The position numbers and the translations under genes were made by a program. A stretch of 64,000 nucleotides of DNA from Lingula anatina (Eukaryota > Animalia > Brachiopoda), in contig CM120642.1 of NCBI GenBank assembly GCA_051362555.1, positions 15,748,001-15,812,000 on the forward strand. The letters run 5' to 3'. The notes below the pieces were generated by a model. That model searched no databases, had not been told where the DNA came from, and saw only the letters and a list, made by a program, of their open reading frames with translations. This document shows positions 46,258 through 60,324 of the stretch, piece by piece; within the stretch, counting starts at the first letter, position 1; every line of letters starts with the position of its first letter.

Positions 46258-46860
46258 TGTGATAGACAGACAGTTTACGACGTAATTAATTTTTCTTATC
46301 GTTCTATAGTACGTGATTCCCTTTTTAAGGAGTATTTGCATTAAAGTAATGGAGTTTAATAATGATATAAAGTAGTATAATTATAATTTGACTTTATTTG
46401 AGGAGAAATTGTTACAAATTAAAAGCGGCCTTTGCCTTTTCTAAAGATTCAGCTTTGATTGTTGATAAATATATGGTGAATGAATGGGGAATGTCGGAGT
46501 TCAGACAAAAGTAATTAGAACCATACTTGGAGGGAATAGGATTTAATAATATTTAACAATAAAATAATTCGCACAGTATTAAATCAGTGGCCTGAGCATT
46601 TCACTTCAACCTAAACCAGGTTGCATACTTAACCATTACTTTCCGAAATGACCCATTGATTTAGTGCTTAAAGGCACAGTTGTACCGCTGATGGAGCAAT
46701 AAGTCTTGATATGGCAAAATGAAGCCTGGAGCGAAAACCTCCGGAAAACTTGACTACATTATTTGGCAACATAAATGAGGTCAATACGGCAATTATAAAC
46801 CCTTAAACCTATATCAACTCATTAACAGAAGGCAAATATTTTGAGCTCCAACCAACTTTT

Positions 46861-49084
46861 CTATTTGCTCGTTTCCTGCAAGTGGACAGGGTTCGTCTTG
46901 TCAGCAATGACGGTCTTGTCAATGGAGGGATCGAGGAAACCTTTGCCCGTCATGTCGGTGAAGTTGGTGCAGGATTTGATAGCAGAATTTGGCACCTGAG
47001 AAAGAAAATTGAATAAGAAACTATGCTCTAAAATGCTGGTGGGGAGGGGGGAGGGAGTTGAAATCTAATTTTAATTTTACAAAAAACTTCTGAGTTATTC
47101 TTCGACTTTGAGAGTTATCACATTGCTAAAAGCTTTGACATATACAGTTCACCGTATTTAGATAAATTATGCTCAAAACAAGTTGGTTCGCTGTCGGCAC
47201 ATTTTCAACTCGCAATCTGCACAGTAAACACAATTATACATCAAAAGGCACAATGGAGATTCTAAATGGTATTAAATATGCAAACGTTTCGTTATTTGAA
47301 GCACGCGTAAACTGGATTAGCACACCCAGTTTACGCACATTGGCAGATTTATTATCAAAGTGCTCCAGGGATACTCTAAACCAGATAAGATGAGGCCCCG
47401 CTTGCTTCCCGTGTCTTGAATGAAATTCTCAAATACCACAAAAGACAAACGAAGGTAAAAAGCAATTAATCAACTTAAATCATATCAAAAACCAATAAAG
47501 CTACCAGTAGTCAGAAGTGCTTCAAATGCCTAAACCAACCCACCAGGCTTTTGGGTGAAACATAAAAAATTGCTTTTCACAACACAACACAAACTGCTCA
47601 TTAACTGTTAGTTTGACTTGTTATAGACCCCTAAAGCCCTTTTCCCTCGGAAAAAGAAAAAAACACGAGTGTGAACAAATGCAGAACATCACTCTAGGGT
47701 CACAACAGCAGGCTTAGCATTTCAAAATTCGAGTCTGCCCAGTGTAATTACTTGGTCAACAAAACTATACAAGGTGGCTTACCACATCGAGGGGCGTGTA
47801 CTGGGGATGGTGGTGCTCGTATACTGGGTTGTTTGACTTGGCGTTATAGGAAACAAGGAACGACCACCGGCGTCTGTCACTGTTGTTAGCATCACTCTTA
47901 TGAATGAGGTTGGCACAAAATATCAATGCATCTCCTGTTGAAGACAAAATGTTGTACGAAAAAAAGATACAGTTGCATATGTTCATTTCATAGTTGGAAC
48001 GAACGGACACAGCTATAGTTTGTTTATATTTTATATCTATGTATCTTTAAAAACATTAAAATAATGACTGCCGGCCACAGTGCAACCACACAACCAAAAC
48101 GCATGAAACACAGGGTCGTAGGCTGCTAGCTGGTGAGGGGCAGTTCCCTGGGGAGTTTTCAAAAAGACATATTTGGAAGGGGAATCTGTTTTGAAGTCTT
48201 AGTCTTTTGTCTTTCTCAAAGTACTTCAAAAGTATTTTATTTTTCTTTCAATCAACATCTAGCTAAGTACCACAGGCGGTACTTATGACCTGCTTGTATG
48301 AATAACTGGCCTTCAACAGCAGCCGCCCCACCCAAGCAATTTTTTTCAACCTTAAGTCCAGTAGCGGTATTTTATGTATCTAAGTAATTCAGAGAAAATG
48401 TACATATATTATTTTTTAAAGGAAACAGTCAGAGACCGACTTCTCATGATCCCCTTTACCTGGTTCCAGCTCCATATACTTCAGTGGACACATTTTGGCC
48501 AGATGTTGTACACGTTCTTCATCAATACCGTTTTGGCCTCCCACCCGATGGTGATCTTGACGACCGGCCTTGTGAGAACCCTTCAGGATCTACCGGAGAG
48601 AAATCCAAATACATGCACTACACTCGGACTACAAGTATATCAGCGTACAGGGTGGTCACGTTTGAGCACGTGCTTGCACAAATTTACTTCAGTGAATCAT
48701 AGATAATTGCATTTAATCTAAATTATCTACGTACATGTAGTTAGGTAAAGCAGAGGTCCGTTTCTCTCCTTTACAGTGCATTTATTTTATATATATTGAT
48801 GGGCAAGTAATAAAAAATAAAAAAAACACCATCACGTGACACACATCTCTCTTTTCTCTCTCTCATACACACGCGCGCGCGCACGCACACAAACACACAC
48901 TCACGCACACACACACACACACACACACACTATACATAAATTACCTGCATACAGCCATTTTCACGGTCATTTTTATCATAGGCAATGTAGACAGTATTCA
49001 GGTCTGGAAACAAGTTCCCGTTCTGATACCAGTACCTATAGTATTCAAAGGAAAACAAAAATTTTCATATATGCAAAAAAAGAT

Positions 49085-49139
<55 letters not shown>

Positions 49140-51153
49140 GAATAGTTCTTGGACTTGAGGAACACATAACGCGTAGAACACCTGAAATCCTTTATCATAC
49201 CCGTAATCCTGATGCCAGCGGAAACTTCCCCCTGTTTTGGGTTCTTTGATAGTTATCTTTGTGTGGTAGTGGTACACTTCACCTCGACCTATCAGCTGAT
49301 AATCAAATAAACAACATTTATGAATCAAGTTTTCTGTCACTCTTTGATGATTGGGGTAAGACTGTGAAGTTAGTTGGAAAGGCCCGACGGCAAGGGTTGA
49401 TATGAAGAAACATAAAATGTACAATAAAAAATTCCATTCATATTCAACTCCCTGATTTGTTGTTTGTTTAGTTTGGTAAAAAACAAGTTCTTCTTTATTG
49501 TCTAAAACAATTCTTTTTAAAAATATGTTAACATAGACCCCATTCACAGAGATTAGATCGATCCAACTAGATCGACCTAACTCCCTGGGGGTTCACACAA
49601 AATAGCTGTCAGCCTAGCGGGCACGAAAGTTAATTACCCCCTTACAGCTTGTAGCAGGCGGGACGGACATTTAAGCCGGATTATCTGACAGTAATCTAGT
49701 GAGACTCCCCACGGGGATAGATCGATCTAAAATCTATGGGAATGCGCCCATAGTCTCAGTAGAATGAATAGGCCTACCTTTTCCGATGTTCGCACCAGTT
49801 TTTCTGAGCGGATTATCATTCCCGTAACGTCGTGCCCAGGATGGCTCCAAATACATAAGCCCACTGCTTTATTCAGGCCGTCATCTAGCTGGAAAGGAAA
49901 TATATGAAAAATATTCTCTCTCTCTCACTCCATAAAAAAATGTACAAACCTAATGTTCATTATATGTATCCTATCAAAAGCACGGAAAAAAACTAAATCG
50001 CGACATTTCAAATGACACCTATATATGGCTTAAAACCAACCGTACCTGATAGGCATTTTTCATGATAGCGTCCGATCCCTCCAGAGTCCTTTTCAAAAGT
50101 GCCATCTCTTCCGAATCCAGTAAGCCCCTAAACTTGGAGCACACAAAGAACACGGTGCAGATCATGTAACATAATATTATAAAGCAAAACATGTTAATCA
50201 TTGAGAATCACAAATTATTCAATCACAGGGGAAACTGATGGAGTAATTAATTTAGAAATGGTTGGCTAAGGAGACTGTTGTCGTCATAGATATCACAAGG
50301 ACGATAAATGATGTCATCAGTCACGCAAGGGTGTCTCATGACGTCATCAAAACGAGAAGACGAGTATACGAACTCATATGAATGACTGATAACGTAATAT
50401 CAGGTCTTTCAGATATTTGTAGTCTTTTTGATAGATGCATTGATATTTTTAGAAATTCTTTATTTAGAAATGTATGTACATATGCATGTACCTGGATTCA
50501 GGTTATTTGTACCGCAGGTTATTAGTAGACGCTGACTGACGGAGAAGTAAGTTTGGTGGAGTACGAGAAATTAAATCTAAGACTTAAAAAGATGAAAAAG
50601 TAATTTTCATAAAAAACTAGGGAGAGGGAAACAACTGCCCCCTTTGCCCCCTCTCCCCTGGTCAACCGAGGTCAGGGCAGCCGACCTTGGCTGATCTCAC
50701 CTGACTATTATATAACCGAGGCGGTTGTAATCCTCCAGCATTTTATCAGTGACTTCAAACGTATCTGGGTCATATCTGTACTCTGCAAGAAAGATGGCCA
50801 ATGTTTGTTAGAACAAGAAATTATAGGACTGTAATTCCTTGGTTAGATTAGGACTCAGTTGTATACTGGAGTGTACATGCAGTTTGTACTTGAATAGACT
50901 TAATACATCATTCGACCTCATAAGATGTTTTAGCTATATTTGTAGGTCAACAGTGCAGGCTTGTAGAGAGCACTAAACCCATGGCCTTGATTATTTCATC
51001 TCCTTGCATATTCCTAACCATTGTACAGGAGAGCATCAGGCAGATCTGACTGTATTTTGTCTTGTTATGTCATTACAGGCCTAACTTCTGCATCGTTAGT
51101 GCTCTACATTCTACATGCAGTCTTAATTTTGGCCTTTTCTTACCTCCATCCAT
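46861..51153 (-). CDS. PhyH-family Fe(II)/2-oxoglutarate dioxygenase (L-proline trans-4-hydroxylase / ectoine hydroxylase-like), 9 exons
   Basis: Exons 51153-51144 (MDG, least certain), 50782-50701, 50127-50046, 49888-49778, 49295-49201, 49035-48945, 48589-48460, 47934-47783, 46995-46861, GT-AG and in frame. Motifs [27 protein letters not shown] (HxD), ENGCMQILKGSH and [21 protein letters not shown] (distal His, 2OG-binding Arg). Confidence 0.9.
48866..48930. repeat. Compound (CA)n/(CG)n microsatellite
   Basis: Direct reading. Confidence 0.95.
49090..49135. repeat. (GA)n microsatellite
   Basis: Direct reading. Confidence 0.98.
49535..49750. mobile_element. Degenerate ~215-bp MITE in a PhyH-gene intron
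   Basis: Imperfect TIRs cattcacagagattagatcgatc / gatcgatctaaaatctatgggaatg around a GC-richer core. Confidence 0.55.
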
Positions 51154-51329
51154 CTTGATCTTGCAGCAGTTTGAATGTAGTTCATCACAGGGAAACAGCT
51201 AGATCCGACGTGTGCACAGTCTCAGTACCACGAGTGGAATGATATAAGGGACCAAAGGGGTTGATGTCTGAAAACTAGGTCACGATGCATAGTTAAAGAT
51301 AGTAAACCACTGTTTACCAGTGTTATTAC

Positions 51330-51331
<2 letters not shown>

Positions 51332-51389
<58 letters not shown>
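51332..51389. repeat. (AT)n microsatellite
   Basis: Direct reading. Confidence 0.99.
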
Positions 51390-51390
<1 letters not shown>

Positions 51391-54300
51391 TTCAAAGCAT
51401 TATTTCTCTGACACTGATCGTTTTTAGTTTGTGATGCTACTTGTGTCTGATATCCTGAGTATTTCAACGGTTAACAAGTGGTATTATGTAAAATGAGCCA
51501 GATGATATGTGGGCAGCATACTTATAGACTCAAATATAAAAATGTGTGATGTATCACACATCAAAGTAAAAACGTTATAGTTATTACAGAAACTAAAAGA
51601 AAAAAACAAGCACATCACTGGCGGGGTGGGGGTTTGTGGGGGGAAGGAGGGAATTACCTTTTTCGCAAATGATAAGTTAAGGGATTGCATTTCATAAACT
51701 TCGAATTTCATTGGTGTTTTCCATGTGCTGCCTGACTTCATAACTGCATGGTTCATATGTATTGTATACATTTTCGAAACTGTGATAGACATAATTTGGT
51801 AAAAATAAAAGCTACATCTATAGTTTTTTTTTCAGCTATTTACGTATACATGTCATCATATCCTTTTTATGTGACTAATCCAGCTGATGGCACATATCCA
51901 GGAGACGGTATTGCCACTCTTATCCTCTAATTTTGTTTCCTGAACTGCATCATTCAGGAACTGCCGCGTCTCCCCAGATTTTCGTCTTTTTTTTATGGGT
52001 ATGAAGAAAACGGGTTGAGTGGGAAGTACATACAGAGTGCATTCTGCAAATAATGTACAGTCTCAAACGATACTTTTTGCATTGCAAATGGTGATCTTAA
52101 TGCTAGTTTAGATTTGGTAGTTGTTATCAATAAAACATGTACATAAGCACATCAATTCTGGTGCTGATTGCACATGTTTTCAAACAATTAGGTCGACTTC
52201 TTGCAGGATAACTTAATTCGCTCTATAACCCCTTTTAAACTGTTAATCGACCTGTATTGTTGGATAATATTTTCCATGGCTGTAATGGGAAAATTGCTGA
52301 TTCTATATGTCGAGCGTGAGTAAACATACATTGTGCATTAAGGTTATATGATCTAATTATACCCGGCCAATGTGTCTGGTAATGGCTCTTCTTCTATTTG
52401 GCTTGCTTTCTGATATCATGGATTCAAATATGGGGAGGCATTGAAAATGAAAAACCCAGTAAAAATTATGAAACGATAGACCCTACGACACTGAGGTTTT
52501 AAACATGTCATATATATAGAAGGAAGGCTATATTTTTTCCGAATATTTAAAATTATTTCTTTGATTGAAGATCTTTTATAAGAAGGTGAAATAATCAGCA
52601 TCGAAGTGAATCTGTCTGAAGTGGTCAATCGGGTTGCCAAAGGTCTGCATGGGCTGTTCAATTATATTTGGCTATTATCTTAAATTTACTTTGAACTCGA
52701 AATAATCTGCACTGAAATAGAAAGTGGCTGGTAGACACACTTTTTGCGTGACATAGTTCTTGAAAGTAATTTAAACAATTTTTTGCCTATCATATTGTCT
52801 GTTTTTTCTATTGCTGCACATCACTAAGTCTGATTGCTTTGTGGGTATGTTGTCAGCTCTTCATAGTTAGAGTCTGCATTTCGCATTGCCATAGGTAATT
52901 GATGTCCAAGGGTTCACAAAAGTATTCTAGCGTACTTTTGGGGTCAATCTCCGCTTCATACATTGTTCGCTCATAACACTAGGTTACATCAACTGTACAG
53001 GATAAGAACCAACTAGAAAATATTTTCGAAACGGCAGGCAATGTAATTGGAATGGATCTTACTCCCATTCATTCCATTTATAGAGTTAAAAATAAAACAG
53101 CTTCCATCATAACTGCTACTACTCATCCAACTCATACCTATTAAAATTATCCAGTAAATCGAGGCTTTTAGTTTGTAAGGGTAGTAAGCGATTTTGATCT
53201 AGCTTTTAGCCTTCAGCAGTAAATCCTTTTAAAACTAATATGTAATTTCATTTTAGTACATTTAAATAGTTTAATTCAACAATGGCGCTATTACCGGGCA
53301 AAAGGTTCCCTATTTTATACATTTATATTTTATTGGTTTAATAAAATATTATCTTATCCTATCAATAGTCGACGATCTACGACCGACATACGTAAAATGC
53401 TCTCTTAAATTTTGATATAATGATGGAAAGATTTCTTGAGATCGTTAAATTCAATGCAACACCAGTTGCATCGTTTCGTTTTATCTCAGGGCTTTTAAGA
53501 TGTCTAATAAAATTTACAATAACCAATAGATGGCAGTGAGAGACTCTCCCTTTTTCTCTTTACCCAGTTTCCAGATTCATAATTTTAATGGCTGGCGAGG
53601 ACAGGGGTTAAGTAGTGGGATATCCCGATACAAACTTAAAGACATTTTTCACAAACACATGCACGATGTGGCGTATTTTGTAGTACCGCATGTATCAAAC
53701 ATACCTCTGTGGGACTCAAAAACTGATTTTTTCGTCTGCTGGACAAGGTGAGTATTTGAATCCTCAATTTCATGGAAATGGGGGGAGGGGTGGTGTTCTT
53801 GTTCAGCTCCAGGCTTTTGAGTTCAATTTTAACCAATTGACTCCAAGGATAGGTGGAATTGAACTATCAAACAAAATTTTGCCCGTATTCTTTAAAAAAA
53901 TCCACACAGTAGGAGAATTATTGGGCGCTACTGTACCTGTCATTTTATTTTTCATATACCAAATGAAAATGATGGTGGTTTAGGTTTGGATTTCATTAAT
54001 GATTCACTAATTCCAAACTAAGAGATAAAATTAATTGACAGTGCTAGTTGTGCAATCAAATTGCCTGACAATTGTAGATTCAATTCCCCCCAAGATCATA
54101 TTAGACATTTCAGCTTGTGGATGATAATATCTATAGGAATTCGAATATTTAACCTAAAGCCCGTGACTACCTTATCTGATTCTCCAATCCTTATTACAAC
54201 ACGCAGGGTTAGATAAAAGTAAGTGTTTTTTCTAGGAGACCTCAGTCGAGGATAATTTCTGGGGAAAGATATGTTATTGATTTGGACGTAGGTCAGATTT

Positions 54301-56632
54301 GATGTCGTAGTTTGGCACCTGTCAAAGGCATTAACAAAAAGCTATGATCTAGCATAATGGGGGAGAGGAGAGGAGGGAGGGATAGAAAATCCAAAACCTG
54401 TGAATATCTCCTCCTCGGAATTATCGAAATCTTAGAAATACCATGTCACTGGGGTGTTATCAGGAAGTGACGTCACCAATCTGTATGCGACTTTTGTAAG
54501 TAGAGTGGATTGAAATGCGGCAATGGGGAAGACAAGACAAATAAGGTGTCAGGACACATTTTAATTTAAAAATGTGATTGGCAGTGGACAGACTGATCCT
54601 GGGATTTTACTGGCGGTCTTTGGGAGGCAAAATGTGTGTAAGGCTTGGTGTTCTCAAGACATTTAGGCTAATGGAAAAGACGGTTGGCAGACACTGCACA
54701 TGGCCCCTACCTAGCCCGCCTATTATATAGGTCTATAAGCGAATTATGCGCTCGTTATTAAAGTCGTTGTATTATACTATTTGCATGTTGCCTTTTCACG
54801 TGCACCATATGGTATCCGTGGTATGCTGTATTGCAAAAGAAGTCTTTTTGTTCTCTTTTATAAACTATAGTCCAGGCTACTGCACCGTGCAAATGTATGG
54901 TGTTTCCATATATTGAAGTTAGTGCCTGGACTACTCAATTCTTTAGTGTTATCATTAAGAGATCAAATAAATATTAAAGAGAAAAAACCTAGGACATTTA
55001 ATGCATTGCTGGGTTAAGTGTTTTTGTAATAAACTATTAATGTAGCCTACATCCTACAGATTATAATTTGCTCTGTGAAATAACATAAAACCGTTTTCTT
55101 GCTTCTGCACCGTTTTATATCTAATAGTCTAGCCAAGTATTTAAAAAATTATTTCCTTTATAGATTAAATGTCCTTGAAATATGTGCATATCCCTTTTCA
55201 GGAAATTCATTGTGTTTATTAAATATTCCGTTTAATTTTCTTTCTAGTTCAGCTCAGTTGGGACTTTCCTAAAGTGCTAGACCATGTTAGGGAATCAGTC
55301 GATTGAAGGTGATACAGGGGCAATACAAAAATTAAAAGAATATAGTAGTGATATAGTGTTATTGATATGATTGTCGCGCCCCACCCATAATAACGATGAT
55401 TTTATCTTAACATCACTCCCATTGCCACAAAAGCATTGTGTCTGCACTTTCATGTAACTTTTCAGAGGCGACTAAATGGCATGATGATCAAAGTGGTACA
55501 TTTTGAGCAATCTAGACAAAATGAAAAAAATATGAACGCATCCTTTTGTGGTCACCTTAAATACCAGACACCTCTGCCATTTTCGGTATAGTGCACATTT
55601 TCCATCTGAAACCACACAAACAACGTGGAATGGTTCTTAATGCATTCGAACCACACAGTTCAGAAGTCAACCACTGGACTTTGATGATTTCCGCATAGCT
55701 CTCCCTTGGGAGACATTTATCACACTAACAGGAAAGAGAGCTGGCAAACCGCCTTTATTATTTATGTTTTTTATCACCGTTTGCCTTGGCCTACATACCG
55801 TGACCAATTTCCCTAATTGAGCAACAACGTTCAAACGTTCCAAACCTTGTCTAACGCCTCTTTTCGTTGCGGAAGATTTCATGTTATCTCTGCACTGTTT
55901 GCTGTTTAAATGCTGTATTGAAAGCCAAAGGAATTTGGCAGTAAAGACCAATGGCACTTGGCCTTTTGTTGGCATGTGGTTATTTCTTGAAGTCAAGTTC
56001 CAATTTCATGGGATTGTTTTTTTTACCTCTGCTGATTTCATTTTAAGATGTCAATGAGTAAAAGTTTTATGAAACTTAAGTGACGCTTCCGATAATTTTA
56101 ACCAAGCTGTCCGTATAAATTGTTTAGTGTTCTGTAAGTTAATGTCTTTAAGTAAATATCACTGCTGCACCGATTATAAGATTCACATTCATGTGATCAG
56201 CCTCCCACAAACACGCCAACATAAGAAATTCATGAATACCTAGTTGCTGCTACTGCCCTTCCTCTCGGCGTTTCTACCGGTACCGGTGGACAAAGTGGGC
56301 ATGCCTAAACTTTTCTATAAACTATTGCTACAAAGAGAAATGTAGAAACTAAGACAATTTCTTTCTGTGGGACATCCCCTCTCCCCACTAGCGCTTTCCA
56401 TGAAAAAATCTAGATCTGTTGGTGAGGACCATTCATTAAAGAATTTTAATTTCTCTCAGGTAGGATTGTCAATTGTTAATTGTTCTTTAGCCGGAAGTTA
56501 TTTCAGCATGGTATGTGACATTGATCCTGAATAATCAAATCTATAATCTGAATTAAAATGGTTAAATCGTTTATTCTGTGGACGCGCATTATTATCCAAA
56601 CCATACGTCACCAGTGACTGGCTTATTACGGG

Positions 56633-56671
56633 CACACGCACACACACACGCACACACACACACACACACAC
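56633..56671. repeat. Imperfect (CA)n microsatellite
   Basis: Direct reading. Confidence 0.95.
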
Positions 56672-59600
56672 GTTTACCAAGATACAACTACATTTATGAA
56701 AAGCAATAAGGTATGACCAGACATTAGATCCTGTCCTCAGTCAATGCTCAGCAAATGCATATATTCGTAAAAATATTTCGAAATACATACCATCTCAAAT
56801 ACCGTTTTGATATAAGCTGATATAAATGAGTATTACGTTGTTGCCAACTTTCTGTCTCAGGAATTTATCAAGACATACAGGTTTTTCCTGATCTGCGTCC
56901 ATTATCATAAAAGTCAATTGTCAGCGAGCGTTGTCTCGATGCCTAATTAACGCTGGGCACAATTACACATTGTATCAAAACAAGAATTAATGAATTGCAC
57001 AATCACAGCTTTATCTAACGAAAACGACTCTATCCCTCTCCCAGACGAATTGGAATGTTTTGCCAAGTATGGTTGAGATAATGACTGCGAACAACTGTTG
57101 CCAAATATATTTGCGCCGGTACTTCATCATATTATACGCATCATCCATACACATTTGGTTACTGCTGCATGTGTCTTTCCATGCCCGGTCAAACAGCGCC
57201 AACAAAGTTATGGCACATATTTTGTGATTTAGCACTATTTGTCAATCTACTTTCTACAGTCGTAAATCTGTGAGGTGCGCACTCGCTTATGAGCTAAAGA
57301 CTTAAAACGGACGAATTTATACTTCTTTGTAGGTAAATGGTTAATTCTTTTAAAGGTCAAATACCGTTGGACTGTAAGTTAATGAGTATTGGCGAGAAAC
57401 AAGATGGCATTTCACCTCCAATCTGAAAGGTCGAAACAGGGCAATTGCCAAATGGAACGAAGAAATACAGATACAAACATACACACAAACACGCCACAAA
57501 AATAAACAAGAATGATATGAAATATTAAAATAGGATAAAATTAGAATAGATTAAAAGATAAGATGTAAAAAAAAAAAAAGAAAAAAAAAACGCCTTCTCT
57601 TGCTTTAATGTTTGGATAAAAAAAGACATCAAGGTTAAGAAGATAAACAATAGAAAGGATTAATTAGGCGTAAATCAACAATGGGAAATCTCAATCTGAA
57701 TGAAACCGTCCATAAACGATAACGGTAATGTAGATTTCAAAGAGATGGAGATTCCCCATGGACGGTCTTCACCATAACTCGAAAGCACTCGAATTGTGCA
57801 ACTATGACAGAATCAGGGATTGGAATGCTTGTTACATGTATGGACTATGCAAAACATTGTTACGCACTGTCATACGGAATAAAGAATCGCAATATCGTGT
57901 CGCATACACAGTCACGAGGTCTTCTTACGAATTTTCGAGCATTTTTTAAACTCTAGTGTGATGTCACGTCAGTTCGTACAGCCTCGTAGAAAGATTCCCA
58001 TTGGCTGATATGCGGAATTGAATAGATTGAGCGAAACTGTCAAGTTGTTATTATCCAACATTACATCTTTACTCTAAATATTTAAGTCAGAAAAAGGACG
58101 AAGTAAGCATTGTTATTTGTAGCATATAAACGTATGATTATGTATGTGTAATTTGTGTATGTTCATTGAAAAACGTTACTATGATGTTCAACATACTGTG
58201 CTACATTAGATCTACGATCCATTTTGATACCGACTGGACGGAACAAATACGTTTTAAGCTGTCAAATGTTGTAAAATCGGATCAAGTAAATTTCCCACAG
58301 GGAAGATACGCTTCTGTCTGTGGCTTGGATGTGAAAAATTGTTTTAAAATGACTCAAGTGGTGGTTGGTTGCGTTGGAATTAAAATTGCGTGGAGGTAAT
58401 TGAAATCTTGTGTATTCCATTATCCTAGGGTCTAGCGTATGGTCATGGGAAAATCAGTATCATCAATTGTTTAATTGGTTTGTGACGACAACTTAATTAT
58501 GGACATGTTTTCAAGGTTAGGCAAATTGGTCTTAAGTATCAATTATTAAGATATTAATTATTCGATCGGTGAGAAGTTACATACAGGGTCAAAACAATTT
58601 TGACGTAAAAGTTTTATAATGCAGCAACATTCTGTCACTAGGTGGTAAATATCGGCCGCCCAAAGATAGTCACAGAACTTTCTATCCGTTTATGCATTAA
58701 TACAATGACGTAGCTAATGATATAAACTAAGAGTATGTTTTCTATCAAAAATTGCTCCAATGTTCCTTTTTATATCGGAAGTAAACACGTGTCACGTGAC
58801 CTTGCGTAAAAGTTGGCTGATAGAGCTTCACTGCGATTGCATTAAATACAGAGGCAAGCTTATTGGCGCTTAACGTTAACGCCAGATAGTTTTCCAGGGT
58901 CTGCTAATCTCTGTGCACTTATTAGAAGGTGTGGAGAGGAACTGTCGCAATTAGCACGGAAAACGAGAGATGTAGGGAATGATATTCCGAGAAAGTGAGA
59001 CATTTTTGTACATCGGTTGGCAAGGCTTTCATCGAAGTTACTGTGTTCTTTTTGCAAGTTGAGCTGTGTTAGGCCGCGGTTCAAGTGAAGATTAGTCCTG
59101 TGTTATTATTATTATTATTTTTGTGTAAATCGACTATCCATAGCGCTTGAATCAACGCCGATATGCATTCATCAAGCGTTCATTAGACACCGTTGTGACG
59201 TGTAAGATCGGCACTAAACCAGGAAAACAATCGAAATTTGCATAACAGTCATACTGAGGTCATCAGTTGGCGTTTGGCCTACACATGTGCTATATCTTAA
59301 GGCGTCTTGATTGTTAAAACCATAACCACTTCAGTTGACGTGGTGTAAGGCTGCCACTATCCCCGAGGCAATTCCGTTAAAGTGCGCCGTTTGAGAGTTG
59401 GTACTTACAGTGGCACTCAAAGACATTGCTTTTGGCTGCTGCAGAGCCACCGACTTTGTGTTCTGAAATGGTTACTGTTTAGTTGAACTGTGAAGAAATC
59501 CAAGAAGATACGGATGCGTATTAAAGGTATTTCATTAAACAACTTATTCTCATAACTTTAAAAATCCGGTTTTAGCGATTCAATGACAATACAATTGAGA

Positions 59601-60270
59601 ACTGTATATTCAATAGAAATTATCCATTTGAAAAAACATTTTAAGATATGACCAACTGATTAAGCTTGTACGTCTATTGGTCCATAGAAATTTGTTTTTA
59701 ATTGCTTATCTATTTGGAAACAAATAAAGAAATGACCATCTGCTTTAACTTGAACGTCTTTCGGTCTCTAGTAATCCATACGCAAGCATACAAGGTCAAA
59801 AACTTTGTCTATCAGAAGACCATTCTCTAGTTGTGATATATATACATGTACTGCTGTATTGATTTGGTATGTTATTTACACGTATTGATATATCCAAAAC
59901 ACTATTTAAGATTACGATACCATTCATGACATTTTTTTTCTTTTTCATTTTTTTCTTACAAATAGTGATTGAAATACATGTAGAAATTTTTAAATAAAAG
60001 AATTTAAGTAGGCCTAGGCTACGGCAAATGTTCTTTTCTATTCATATGAATATTTTTTCTATACTTTCCCATTCATGACATTTTCCTGAAATGTCTTTTA
60101 ATTTGAATTGTATTTTCTGCTTACAACGCGTAATTTAATTGCTCATACATTCAATTACCCCATTCCAAAGGGAATCGGGAATGAGGCATTCTGATAACAC
60201 GGAAAAGATAACGCTATAATGGACTCTGATGTGACATAGTCTCCTTTTGGAATAGCCTATTATTAAGTGA

Positions 60271-60272
<2 letters not shown>

Positions 60273-60323
<51 letters not shown>
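60273..60323. repeat. Poly(T) tract, ~51 nt
   Basis: Direct reading; accounts for the poly-Lys ORF in the track. Confidence 0.98.

Positions 60324-60324
<1 letters not shown>

Noticed and set aside
55640-55710. B-box-like GGTTCGAATGC on the minus strand as a tRNA or SINE
   Set aside because: No cloverleaf could be folded and no clear A box or tail was seen.
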